A DNA stretch of 64,000 nt from contig JACOSY010000016.1 in the NCBI GenBank assembly GCA_016178595.1, positions 38,151 through 102,150 of the forward strand. Reading direction: 5' to 3'. The position numbers and the translations under genes were made by a program. The notes under the pieces were generated by a model that had not been told where the DNA came from, did not search any database, and saw only the letters and a list, made by a program, of their open reading frames with translations. The stretch comes from Ignavibacteria bacterium (lineage in GTDB: Bacteria; Bacteroidota; Ignavibacteria; UBA10030; SZUA-254). Position 1 is the stretch's first letter, and each line of letters opens with the position of its first letter. Shown piece after piece: positions 1 through 8,827 of this stretch.

Positions 1-534
1 TTGTTTGCGCCGGATGGTGCTGTGCCTGCAGTGCGAATGAGTGTTTCGAGCAATTCGCGCACGATCGGCCGGGAAGAATACTCACGCACGGTGCGGCGAC
101 GAGAACAAAGCTCATAGAATTCTCGCGCTCGCGCGGCCTGATCGCCGGCAGAGAATGCGAGCGGATGATATGGGATGAATTGAGGCATACACTTTACTCG
201 TGTGATGATGTTGCAGCTGGCAATATAGGGTTTTTGGGATGCGATTACAACATGCTTGAAACTGCTTGGAACTGCCAAAGCGGGAAGGTGCGTGGCAGTT
301 TGGAGGAATTTGACAATAAGGAACGGAGAATATATATTGCGTTCACTGTTTTGACCCGGGAGATGACTTGCTCGCGAGGATTGCTCATGCGGATCCGGAT
401 TTCCCGGTGTTTGAAAACGATCAACAGGCAAAAGAGATGACAACGTATATATGCCGACCACTGTGGGTGGGAATGACGAAGGCGTAATTACAGACGTTAA
501 GCGCCGTTTGCCAACAGAATGAATCTAATTAAGA

Positions 535-1380
535 ATGCAACCCAATTCATTTATTGAACAAATCCTGTTCTCAACTTTACGGATAGAACTGTACGACAAC
601 CACGAAAAATCCAAAGGGATTGGGACGGGTTTTCTTGTGACGACTGAAATACCAGACGATCCGAATACTTCCCTTGTCCTTATGATAACGAATAGGCACG
701 TTCTTCAGTCGAACTCACAGTTCGTCATTAATTTCCATAAGAGGCTTTCTGGTTTAAATCAACCAGACTTGGAACATACTTACACAGTAAATGCTGGCGA
801 CATTCGTGAAAGCTATTACTGCCATCCCAATCCCGATGTCGACCTTGCCTGTGTAAATCTCTCATCAGTCATAGACAATATCCGCGATCAGATTTACTTT
901 AGATACTTACCATCCAATTTGTTCGCTAGCTTCTTGGAACCAGAAATGGATGCTGGAACAAAAGTGATTTTCGTTGGGTACCCGGACAATCGATATGACG
1001 AGCGCCATAATCTGCCAATTGTCCGCAGTGGAATTGTTGCAAGTCATCCAAAGATCGACTTCAACGGATTGCCTCAGTTTATCATCGACGCTCAGGTCTT
1101 CCCTGGTTCAAGTGGCAGTCCAGTATTTCTCAATAACATCGATGCAATGTTGAACCGAGCAATTATGCCAATGCATCCTATTACTTCGTATATCTTTCTC
1201 GGGGTCGTCTCTGCTACGATGATCAGAAACAACAGAATCAATTTTATGCAAACCCAACTGAAGCCTTTCGCCGAAGAGATTATAGGTCTTGGAATCGTAT
1301 TCAAATCGACTGCCGTAAGGGAGCTCATGAGCGAGGCGGTGAAAGGGTACAAGAGTAAAAAGTTGGCAAACGGCACTTAA
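535..1380 (+). CDS. Trypsin-like (S1/chymotrypsin-fold) serine peptidase domain protein
   Basis: The N-terminal GTGFLV block is followed by TNRHV (catalytic His context) and later GSSGSPVF (the GDSGGP-like Ser motif). It lies in a lower-GC islet next to an R-M pair. Confidence 0.6.
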   Translation: MQPNSFIEQILFSTLRIELYDNHEKSKGIGTGFLVTTEIPDDPNTSLVLMITNRHVLQSNSQFVINFHKRLSGLNQPDLEHTYTVNAGDIRESYYCHPNPDVDLACVNLSSVIDNIRDQIYFRYLPSNLFASFLEPEMDAGTKVIFVGYPDNRYDERHNLPIVRSGIVASHPKIDFNGLPQFIIDAQVFPGSSGSPVFLNNIDAMLNRAIMPMHPITSYIFLGVVSATMIRNNRINFMQTQLKPFAEEIIGLGIVFKSTAVRELMSEAVKGYKSKKLANGT

Positions 1381-1490
1381 CACGCAAAACACCGACGCTG
1401 GAATGAGTAGCCACAGAAACTAAGAGCCTCAGGGCATTTCTTTGGCCCATATTATTTGCAATCGGACACAAACTCTGATTATATTGATCT

Positions 1491-2300
1491 ATGCAACGAA
1501 AAAATGATGAGAAATATCTTCAAATCTTATTGCGTGCAATTCGCGTCTGCGCAAAATACCAACCCAAACTTGGACACGGCAATAAGCAAGGTTACTCCCT
1601 TGACGATTTTCAGAAGATATACGGCCGCGATCCATTCTACAACTGGATGGGCTTGGATGATCCATTGATGTACGCAGCTCATAAGGCTGCGGGTGGAATG
1701 ACAAGTGTTTACCGGCAGATCGGAATTGGTTGTGAGGGCGTTTTCCGATCTGTCTTGCAGGATTCTCTGGGCCTTTCAGACGAAGATGTTAGCTGGTCCT
1801 ATAAGACTCGCAAAGTCGGCGGGAAGTCGGGCACTCTATATCTTGACGCTAGAATTCCGTTTTTTGCATTGGCTGATGCGAACGCAAAAAAGCGTATGGA
1901 AAAATGGTTGTCTGATGCAGCGTCCTTTCTCGACATCGATTCGAAAATCCATCGATCCCTGCAAGGGGTGGTATTCGAGGTTCGACAAGGTTATAAGAGC
2001 AAGGATTCTAAACGACAGAATGCTGACATAGCTAACGCCGCCACAGCATACACCAAGGGTTATCTTCCGTGCGTGGCAGTTCTCTCTACGCAAATAGATG
2101 AGGACATCTCCCTTCGCTATCGCTCTGAGAAATGGTTGATCCTAACAGGCATTACTCGACGCTCTTCTTCTATCGAGTCTGTATATTCTTTTATGCGTCA
2201 TGTGGTCGGTTACGACCTCGCCGACTTTTTCGAAAGGAACAAACAGCAGTTGAAGCAAGAAGTCCACAATGTACTGGTTTCACTCTTGTCTACGAAGTAG
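1491..2300 (+). CDS. Putative Type II restriction endonuclease (PD-(D/E)xK-like), partner of the downstream methyltransferase
   Basis: The gene ends 13 bp upstream of the MTase and runs in the same direction. LYLDARI...VVFEVRQGYK is compatible with a PD-(D/E)xK core. No other recognisable family was seen, so this is a context-based call. Confidence 0.35.
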   Translation: MQRKNDEKYLQILLRAIRVCAKYQPKLGHGNKQGYSLDDFQKIYGRDPFYNWMGLDDPLMYAAHKAAGGMTSVYRQIGIGCEGVFRSVLQDSLGLSDEDVSWSYKTRKVGGKSGTLYLDARIPFFALADANAKKRMEKWLSDAASFLDIDSKIHRSLQGVVFEVRQGYKSKDSKRQNADIANAATAYTKGYLPCVAVLSTQIDEDISLRYRSEKWLILTGITRRSSSIESVYSFMRHVVGYDLADFFERNKQQLKQEVHNVLVSLLSTK

Positions 2301-2312
2301 CTCTGAATCATT

Positions 2313-3548
2313 ATGCAAACCGCGATTCTCAAACAACGACCTGACTATACGTACAAGTTCAACGTAGAATCAGGAAGACACGGCTGGCTCCGTCTCACTC
2401 CTGCTTATTCTGTGAAGATCGTCGAGGAATTACTTGTTGAATCTTCCGCTCGGCAATCAGTCTTGGATCCATTCTCTGGCACGGGCACAACCGCTCTGTG
2501 TTCTACATATCATGGAAAGAACGTGGTATCTGTGGATATCAACTCATTTCTTGTATGGCTTGCGTCAACCAAATGCAGACATTATACAAGTGATACCATG
2601 GCATACACACGTGAACTCGGAAATTTAATAACAAGATCGATCCACAATGGGAATCTCGACCCGATCTCTGCCCCGCCTATCTTTGATATCCAACGTTGGT
2701 GGAACGAGGACGAGCTCCTGTTTCTTAGAACACTCAAGAGTGGTATTGACTCTTTTTGTGCTACAGAAAGTCCGGAAAGGGACATTCTCCTCATAACTTT
2801 CTGCCGCATTCTCATAAAACTCTCCAACGCGGCTTTCAATCATCAATCAATGTCTTTCAAAGATCAGCATACCAATCAATTACTGATTCTAGATCGTAGT
2901 TTGGATTTCGTGCGGCTCTTCGCAAACGAACTAGATGTCGTCCTTTCATCCGCACAACACAATCCAATCACCACCGCCAAGATTGTGCTTGGCGATGCAA
3001 GAGACCTCGAAAAGTGTACTCAAGATAAATTTGATCTTTTGATAACATCTCCGCCATACCCGAATCGAATGTCTTACATCCGCGAGTTGCGTCCTTACAT
3101 GTATTGGCTTGGCTATCTGAAGGAGGCCAGGGAAGCGGGCGACCTCGACTGGGAAACCATTGGAGGTACTTGGGGAATCGCAACTAGTAGGCTCATGCAA
3201 TGGAAACCGACCAGCGATAACTACCTCACGGATGAGCTGTCTCAATTTCTTTCCAAACTGTCTGAGTCAAATGAAAAGAACGGAGTTCTACTAGCAAACT
3301 ATGTATCGAAGTATTTTAGTGACATCTGGAACCATCTGAACAGCGTTCGACGAGTCCTCACAACGAACGCAAAGGTAAATTACATTGTCGGCAATTCCCT
3401 GTTTTATGGATTCGTACTCCCTGTAGAGATTATTTATCAGAACATGCTCAAGTCCGTGGGTTTCGACCACGTTAAGATTACTCCTATCAGGAAAAGGAAC
3501 TCGAAAAAAGCTCTGTTTGAATATAATGTTTCGGCAATAAGCCCTTAG
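2313..3548 (+). CDS. DNA methyltransferase (N6-adenine or N4-cytosine, alpha-class motif order)
   Basis: Motif I DPFSGTGTT (FxGxG AdoMet site) lies near the N-terminus. Motif IV SPPY lies about 190 aa downstream (LLITSPPYPNRMSY). The architecture is typical of amino-MTases. Confidence 0.8.
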   Translation: MQTAILKQRPDYTYKFNVESGRHGWLRLTPAYSVKIVEELLVESSARQSVLDPFSGTGTTALCSTYHGKNVVSVDINSFLVWLASTKCRHYTSDTMAYTRELGNLITRSIHNGNLDPISAPPIFDIQRWWNEDELLFLRTLKSGIDSFCATESPERDILLITFCRILIKLSNAAFNHQSMSFKDQHTNQLLILDRSLDFVRLFANELDVVLSSAQHNPITTAKIVLGDARDLEKCTQDKFDLLITSPPYPNRMSYIRELRPYMYWLGYLKEAREAGDLDWETIGGTWGIATSRLMQWKPTSDNYLTDELSQFLSKLSESNEKNGVLLANYVSKYFSDIWNHLNSVRRVLTTNAKVNYIVGNSLFYGFVLPVEIIYQNMLKSVGFDHVKITPIRKRNSKKALFEYNVSAISP

Positions 3549-3814
3549 TTAGCGAGCGTCGAAACGAATCCTCAAACCCCGACCTGGCACCTTCCTGATT
3601 CGTAGCAAGCCCACGAACGCATAACAAGCGTAACAACGTCGCCTTTATTGAAATGAATTATAGTGGCTCAATGCTTCTGCTCACAGAAAATTTGTCTCTT
3701 GATAGTTCGCTCCAGCATTGCGTTGTTACGCCGGACGTTATCCGCAAGCGTGCCCACGCCAAAAACATACGTGCCGGGATCATCTGGAATGACTCTTACA
3801 GATAAAAAGACAAT

Positions 3815-4270
3815 TTGAACGTGAACACCACACAAACAAATATGAAATTGATCACGGGTTGTCTTCTGAGCGTGATCTTGTCGCTACTTGTCGTTGGCGT
3901 CGTGAGTGCTACGCTTCTCCGCCACATTGTTCAAATCACTCCGGTCGCCTTAGCACTTATCGCGACTACACGCAGAGCTTCCTGGAGTCCGTATGCCGCT
4001 TTACCTCTCTTTGTTTTCTGGCTCGTCATCATGGCCTTTATCTGGCTTTTTCTGCTCGGTGTTGCAACTATCGTAAGCGGGCGCTTTACGCCCATTGAAA
4101 TTGCGATGACTATCATCGTTGGCATCTGCTCTTTAGTAGGAGCCAGAGCATCACCACGTATCACATCGGGCACGAAAATTTCCGTTAAAGTGTTGACGTT
4201 TCTGCTCTTCCTCGCTCTGCAGGTTTTTGCAATGTGGCTGAGCTTGAGAGAGTCTATCGCTCATGCCTAA
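3815..4270 (+). CDS. Hypothetical polytopic membrane protein
   Basis: 151 aa with at least four hydrophobic helices. The alternative start MKLITG is at 3842. Confidence 0.4.
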   Translation: MNVNTTQTNMKLITGCLLSVILSLLVVGVVSATLLRHIVQITPVALALIATTRRASWSPYAALPLFVFWLVIMAFIWLFLLGVATIVSGRFTPIEIAMTIIVGICSLVGARASPRITSGTKISVKVLTFLLFLALQVFAMWLSLRESIAHA

Positions 4271-4301
4271 GACTTCAGTGTTACGCTCAATATTTTCTCT
4301 C

Positions 4302-6362
4302 TCACCAATTCAACACGGGAAAGAGCGACGTGTAATCGTCCGTCCACACCGGCACGGTAATAGTCGTCTGCCGGTCGGGGAAAACTGCTTCTTGAACTGC
4401 TCGCTGCTGAAGCAATGTCGTGTTCAGCGTTAACACGATCCACTCGGACGGAAACCGGCGGATGTCGCGCTCCTGGTTGAAATCGGTCAATACAATCATT
4501 GGAAGCTTTAACTCCTTCGCGACCGCAGCAACCACGGCGTGAAGGTTCACCTGTTTGCTGGAGATGTTGACGAGGATTGCGCCGTCCGGCTTGATGTGCT
4601 TCAGGAAAATTTCGAACGCTTCCCTGGTCAACAAATGCACGGGAGGAGAATCGCTGTTGAATGCATCCAGCACGAGCACGTCGAAATTCTGCGGCGGCTC
4701 CTTCTCCATCGAGAGGCGCGCATCGCCGATGACGATGTCGTTCCGTGCCAGGCAATCGGCAAGATAGGTGAAATGCTTCTCCGCCAACTGCTGCACCTGC
4801 GGGTTGATTTCGTAGAAGCGAAAATAGTCTCCGGGCCTGCCATACGCTGCGAGCGTTCCCACTCCCAGCCCCACCACACCGACACGGTGCGCGCTATCTC
4901 CCGGTAAGCTTGTCAGAACTCGTCCGGCTCCGCCTTTCGCAGTGAAATACGACGTGGGCATACGATGGTACTGCGGGTTGATAAACTGATACCCATGCAG
5001 CGTTTTCCCGTGCCGCATGACAAGGAACTGTCGATCACGATCGTTCTCATTATACGACGTGATCGCGAGCGTACTGAAAAAATTTCGTGCCGTATCCACC
5101 GTGTTATGATAGATAATGCGTGTCTGCTGGTAGAAAAGAATTGCAAAGATTGCCACTCCGGCTGCAAGGCCTGCCCATGCCCAGCGAGGTTTTCCGCGAC
5201 GCAACGGACTCGTCTCATCGACAAAGAACATCAGCAGGACAACACCGCAGCATGCAAGGATCGCGCATTGAAACTCATAATATCCGCTGAACAACACCGG
5301 CGCAAGAAACGTTACGAACATTCCGCCCATAGCGCCGCCAGCTGCAATCGACAAGTAATAGGAGGTAAGATGCGATGGCGGCGGTTTCAGTCGCGCGACC
5401 TCGCCATGACAAATCATGCAGCCGATGAATACAAGGCATGAATAGATTGCAAGCTGCGGCAGAAATGTCAACGTTTCTTCATTGAACATCATCCAGCACA
5501 CGATTGAGATAGCGACAAGGTATGCAATCGCGTATGTCGGGCGCGAGTACCACCGCGGGTGATCGAATGTGAGGACGAATGTGAGAAGATAGATGGCCAG
5601 CGGCAGCACCCAGAGCAACGGCATCGGCACAACTTCCTGGCAGAGCTTATTCGTTGTTGAGAGCAGCAGCACCGATGCGATCGCCGGCAGCGTTATCCAC
5701 AACGCACGATCGAGCAACGGCACAGCGACGACTTCTTGTTTTTCATCGTCCGGCGTCCGGGGACCCGGAAGAACCGAAGCCTTGCGCCAAAGGTAGACAG
5801 CACTCGCGACACACACGACGACGAACACCATCATCCCCCACGACCATACTTCCGCTTGCGCCCGGCGCGCGATGTTCGGCTCGACCACAAAGGGATATGC
5901 GATCAGTGCAAGCAGAGAGCCGACGTTCGATAACGCATAGAGTCGGTACGGAACTGTCGCAGGGGAAAGCATACTCAGCCAGCGCTGAAGCAGCGGACCG
6001 GTGGTCGCAAGAACAAAGTACGGAATGCCGAGCGAAACAAAGAGCAGCGTCAGGATGCGAATCGTCGGGTCGACGTTCGATGTGGGTTTCCATTGATCTC
6101 CGGGAATGATCGGCAAGAGCACGAGTGCGAGAAGAAGAATCAGAACGTGCAGAATAATCTGCTGGCGTGGACGAAGATATCGTGTGATCAGATGACTGTA
6201 GGCATATCCGAACAGAAGAAACGTTTGGAAGAACACGATGCAGGTTGTCCACACCGCTGCACTGCCGCCGAACCACGGCAGGATGTATTTGCTGATGATC
6301 GGCTGAACAAGGAAGAGGAGAAACGCGCTGAGAACAATTGTTATGGAATAGAGGATACGCAT
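4302..6362 (-). CDS. Fused polytopic membrane domain / spermidine-synthase-like aminopropyltransferase
   Basis: The N-terminal half has about 10 TM helices. The C-terminus has a spermidine synthase fold with GVVGLGVGTLA and DVLVLDAFNSD...PDGILVNI motifs. The start was chosen at MRILY (6362) because the upstream ATG at 6383 lies inside a hairpin. Confidence 0.7.
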   Translation of the reverse strand: MRILYSITIVLSAFLLFLVQPIISKYILPWFGGSAAVWTTCIVFFQTFLLFGYAYSHLITRYLRPRQQIILHVLILLLALVLLPIIPGDQWKPTSNVDPTIRILTLLFVSLGIPYFVLATTGPLLQRWLSMLSPATVPYRLYALSNVGSLLALIAYPFVVEPNIARRAQAEVWSWGMMVFVVVCVASAVYLWRKASVLPGPRTPDDEKQEVVAVPLLDRALWITLPAIASVLLLSTTNKLCQEVVPMPLLWVLPLAIYLLTFVLTFDHPRWYSRPTYAIAYLVAISIVCWMMFNEETLTFLPQLAIYSCLVFIGCMICHGEVARLKPPPSHLTSYYLSIAAGGAMGGMFVTFLAPVLFSGYYEFQCAILACCGVVLLMFFVDETSPLRRGKPRWAWAGLAAGVAIFAILFYQQTRIIYHNTVDTARNFFSTLAITSYNENDRDRQFLVMRHGKTLHGYQFINPQYHRMPTSYFTAKGGAGRVLTSLPGDSAHRVGVVGLGVGTLAAYGRPGDYFRFYEINPQVQQLAEKHFTYLADCLARNDIVIGDARLSMEKEPPQNFDVLVLDAFNSDSPPVHLLTREAFEIFLKHIKPDGAILVNISSKQVNLHAVVAAVAKELKLPMIVLTDFNQERDIRRFPSEWIVLTLNTTLLQQRAVQEAVFPDRQTTITVPVWTDDYTSLFPVLNW

Positions 6363-6378
6363 ATGACAACCAAGATGT

Positions 6379-6407
6379 GCCACGCATTATGAAAGTGCGT
6401 GGCACGT
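6379..6407 (-). terminator. Hairpin immediately downstream of the MIPS stop (GTGCCACGCA-loop-TGCGTGGCAC)
   Basis: A perfect 10-bp stem is seen. No clear T-run follows on the minus strand, so terminator function is uncertain. Confidence 0.3.
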
Positions 6408-6412
6408 CAAGG

Positions 6413-7732
6413 CTAATCGTAATACTCAAGTCCCAGGTGCGTGATCAGCTCTTCGCCCTTCATGTGGCGCAACGTGTTCTTCAACTTCATGAGCTGGATG
6501 AAGAGATCGTGCTCGGGGTAGAGACCCGGCGCAAACATCGGGCTCTTGAAGTAAAACGAAAGCCATTCCTGAATTCCTTTCATGCCGGCACGTTGAGCGA
6601 GATCCATAAAGAGCACGAGATCGAGCACGATGGGTGCGGCGAGGATCGAGTCGCGGCAGAGGAAGTTGATCTTCACCTGCATCGGGTAACCCATCCATCC
6701 GAAGATATCGATATTATCCCAGCTTTCCTTGTTGTCGCCGCGCGGAGGATAATAATTGATGCGGACCTTGTGATAGTAATTCTTGTAGAGTTCGGGATAT
6801 AATTCCGGCTGGAGAATTCCTTCCAGCACGGAGAGCTTGCTTTCTTCTTTTGTTTTGAACGACTCCGGATCGTCCAGCACTTCGCCGTCGCGGTTGCCGA
6901 GAATGTTGCTCGAGAACCAGCCGCTCAGTCCGATGAGGCGCGCTTTCAGCATCGGCGCGATGACGGTCTTGACAAGCGTCTGCCCTGTCTTGAAATCTTT
7001 TCCGGCAATGGGCAAACCCGTTTGCTTTGCAAGCTCCATCAGCGCCGGCGTATCGACCGTGAGGTTCGGTGCTCCGTTGGCGAACGGCACGCCTTCTTTC
7101 AGCGCGGCGTAGGCATAGAGCATGCTCGGTGCAATATCGGGGTGATTCTTTTTCATTGCGTCTTCGAGCTTCTTGACATTCTTATGTACGTTATTCGGAC
7201 TGATGAACACTTCCGTGCTGCCGCACCAGATCAGCACACACCGATCGAGCTTGTTAGCGGTCTTAAATGTACGGATGTCTTCGCGCAACATTTCCATCAA
7301 TTCAAACTTGGTTTTCCCTTTCTTCACGTGCTTCCCGCTGAGGCGCTTCACATAGAACTGGTCGAAGACGGCTTTCATCGGATGAACGGCCTGCAACTCT
7401 TTCTTAATGCTGTCGAGGTGAGTTCTCTCGAGAACGCCGGCTTCGCAAGCAGACGCGTAGCAATCCTCGTTGCGAATATCCCATCCGCCGAACACGAGAT
7501 CATCGAGCTTTGCGAGTGGAATGAAATTTTTGATGAGGGGCGAGCGATGCTCGGTGCGTTTGCCGAGACGGATCGTTCCCATTTGTGTGAGTGACCCGAT
7601 CGGCATGGCAAGACCTTTGCGCACCGCCATAACGCCGGCAAGAAACGTCGTAGAGACGGCGCCGTTCAGTCCGACGATGAGCACTCCGAGTTTTCCTTTT
7701 GGCTTTGTAATGGTGTGAGTAGTCTTCTTCAT
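6413..7732 (-). CDS. ino1: myo-Inositol-1-phosphate synthase (MIPS)
   Basis: NAD-binding GLNGAVSTT is present. SSNILGNRDG matches the conserved SYNHLGNNDG block of MIPS. Length is about 440 aa, with the start taken at MKKTTH. Confidence 0.8.
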   Translation of the reverse strand: MKKTTHTITKPKGKLGVLIVGLNGAVSTTFLAGVMAVRKGLAMPIGSLTQMGTIRLGKRTEHRSPLIKNFIPLAKLDDLVFGGWDIRNEDCYASACEAGVLERTHLDSIKKELQAVHPMKAVFDQFYVKRLSGKHVKKGKTKFELMEMLREDIRTFKTANKLDRCVLIWCGSTEVFISPNNVHKNVKKLEDAMKKNHPDIAPSMLYAYAALKEGVPFANGAPNLTVDTPALMELAKQTGLPIAGKDFKTGQTLVKTVIAPMLKARLIGLSGWFSSNILGNRDGEVLDDPESFKTKEESKLSVLEGILQPELYPELYKNYYHKVRINYYPPRGDNKESWDNIDIFGWMGYPMQVKINFLCRDSILAAPIVLDLVLFMDLAQRAGMKGIQEWLSFYFKSPMFAPGLYPEHDLFIQLMKLKNTLRHMKGEELITHLGLEYYD

Positions 7733-7795
7733 GACAGTGTTCCTTTTGATTTTAAAACTCCTTAGTGAAGGCGACGTCACGTGACGTCGCCTGCG

Positions 7796-8476
7796 TTAGA
7801 ATAGAATTTTCCGAATCTCTTCAAAATGTTCAATGCTAAAATCCGTAGCCGGTGTTTCGGTCGGATGTGCAGTCCAGCTCTTCCCTTTCAGCCAGATCGT
7901 CGTGCAGCCGAGCTGTTTTCCCGGGACAATATCGCGCTCGTACGAATCGCCGACGACGTATGCTTCTTGTGCAGCGATAGCAAGCCGGTCAAGCGCCAAT
8001 TGGAAAATTGCCGGATCGGGCTTTCGGATGCCGACGACAACCGAATCGATCATCGTATCGAAGTATCGATCCAAACTAAACTCTTTGCAGACAATTTCCA
8101 AATTGCCATAGAAGTTCGAAACAAGTCCGAGCTTGTATGCGCCGTGAAGATCATTCAGGAGATTTCGTGCGCCGGCAATGGTCTTTCCCACGTCGGCATA
8201 GCACGCATTAATGATCCGCATGAGAACTTCATGTCGCTCACTGAACCCGAGTATTGCGAATTGCAGCGTGAACTGCTTCACGAGCGTTGCGTAGAATGTC
8301 GCACTCGAAAGCGATGAATCTTCTCCAAGCTCTTCTTCCGAGCGAACGAAGACGCGCGCGAAGTCTTTCTTTGCCACGGGAAGCTTGAAACGCTCGTAAT
8401 ATTCCCAGAATTTTTCGCTCCAATGCACGCCATCGGTGTCGATCGTTCCGCCGAAATCAAAGAGGACTGCGTTCAT
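7796..8476 (-). CDS. HAD-superfamily hydrolase (candidate inositol-phosphate / phosphatidylinositol-phosphate phosphatase)
   Basis: The N-terminal DFGGT motif (HAD motif I with the nucleophile Asp) and a C-terminal GDSxxD are present. It sits between MIPS and the dehydrogenase. Confidence 0.75.
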   Translation of the reverse strand: MNAVLFDFGGTIDTDGVHWSEKFWEYYERFKLPVAKKDFARVFVRSEEELGEDSSLSSATFYATLVKQFTLQFAILGFSERHEVLMRIINACYADVGKTIAGARNLLNDLHGAYKLGLVSNFYGNLEIVCKEFSLDRYFDTMIDSVVVGIRKPDPAIFQLALDRLAIAAQEAYVVGDSYERDIVPGKQLGCTTIWLKGKSWTAHPTETPATDFSIEHFEEIRKILF

Positions 8477-8510
8477 CGTATCATCAAGATCATGATTTGT
8501 TTCTTCGACT

Positions 8511-8646
8511 CACCTCTCCCTAACCCTCTTCCTTCGCTACGCTCAGGACAAGCTCTACGAGGAGAGGGGATGCAGGCTTTGCAATTGCCTGGCATCGCAG
8601 TCAAAACATCCTCTCCTAGTAGGAGAGGATTATAGGTGAGGTGGGT
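8511..8646. repeat. Diverged palindromic MITE-like element (CACCTCTCC ... CCTCTCCTAGTAGGAGAGG ... AGGTGAGGTGGG)
   Basis: It has terminal inverted segments and an internal perfect palindrome. It lies between HAD 5'-end copies 1 and 2. Confidence 0.45.
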
Positions 8647-8724
8647 TTGCGTCAGCATAATACTCCCGAAGTCGAATAAGACAGCTTTCATCGGTCATCG
8701 TCTGACATTGTCAGTTCTTTCCTC

Positions 8725-8794
8725 CGACCCTCTCCTCTGTCACTGCGTGACATCCCCTCTCCCAAATTGGGAGAGGGGAACGAGGGGTGAGGGT
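8725..8794. repeat. Palindromic element, family 1 (CCCTCTCC-TGTCAC-N3-GTGACA-TCCCCTCTCCC-AAAT-TGGGAGAGGGG ... GGGTGAGGGT)
   Basis: The same architecture recurs at 10820-10886 and 19092-19192. Confidence 0.6.
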
Positions 8795-8827
8795 CAACGC
8801 TACCGCCGAAGTCGAGGAGGATTGCGT

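Noticed and set aside
165-440. 91-aa ORF at the start of the low-GC islet
   Set aside because: Its composition is Cys/Arg-rich with no motifs. It is probably non-coding leader sequence.
4267-6429. Several 100-230-aa ORFs (4267-4755, 4965-5441, 5654-6109, 5743-6429) overlapping the spermidine-synthase-like gene
   Set aside because: They lie antisense to or out of frame with a well-supported 687-aa gene and have Arg/Ser/Pro-rich shadow-ORF composition.
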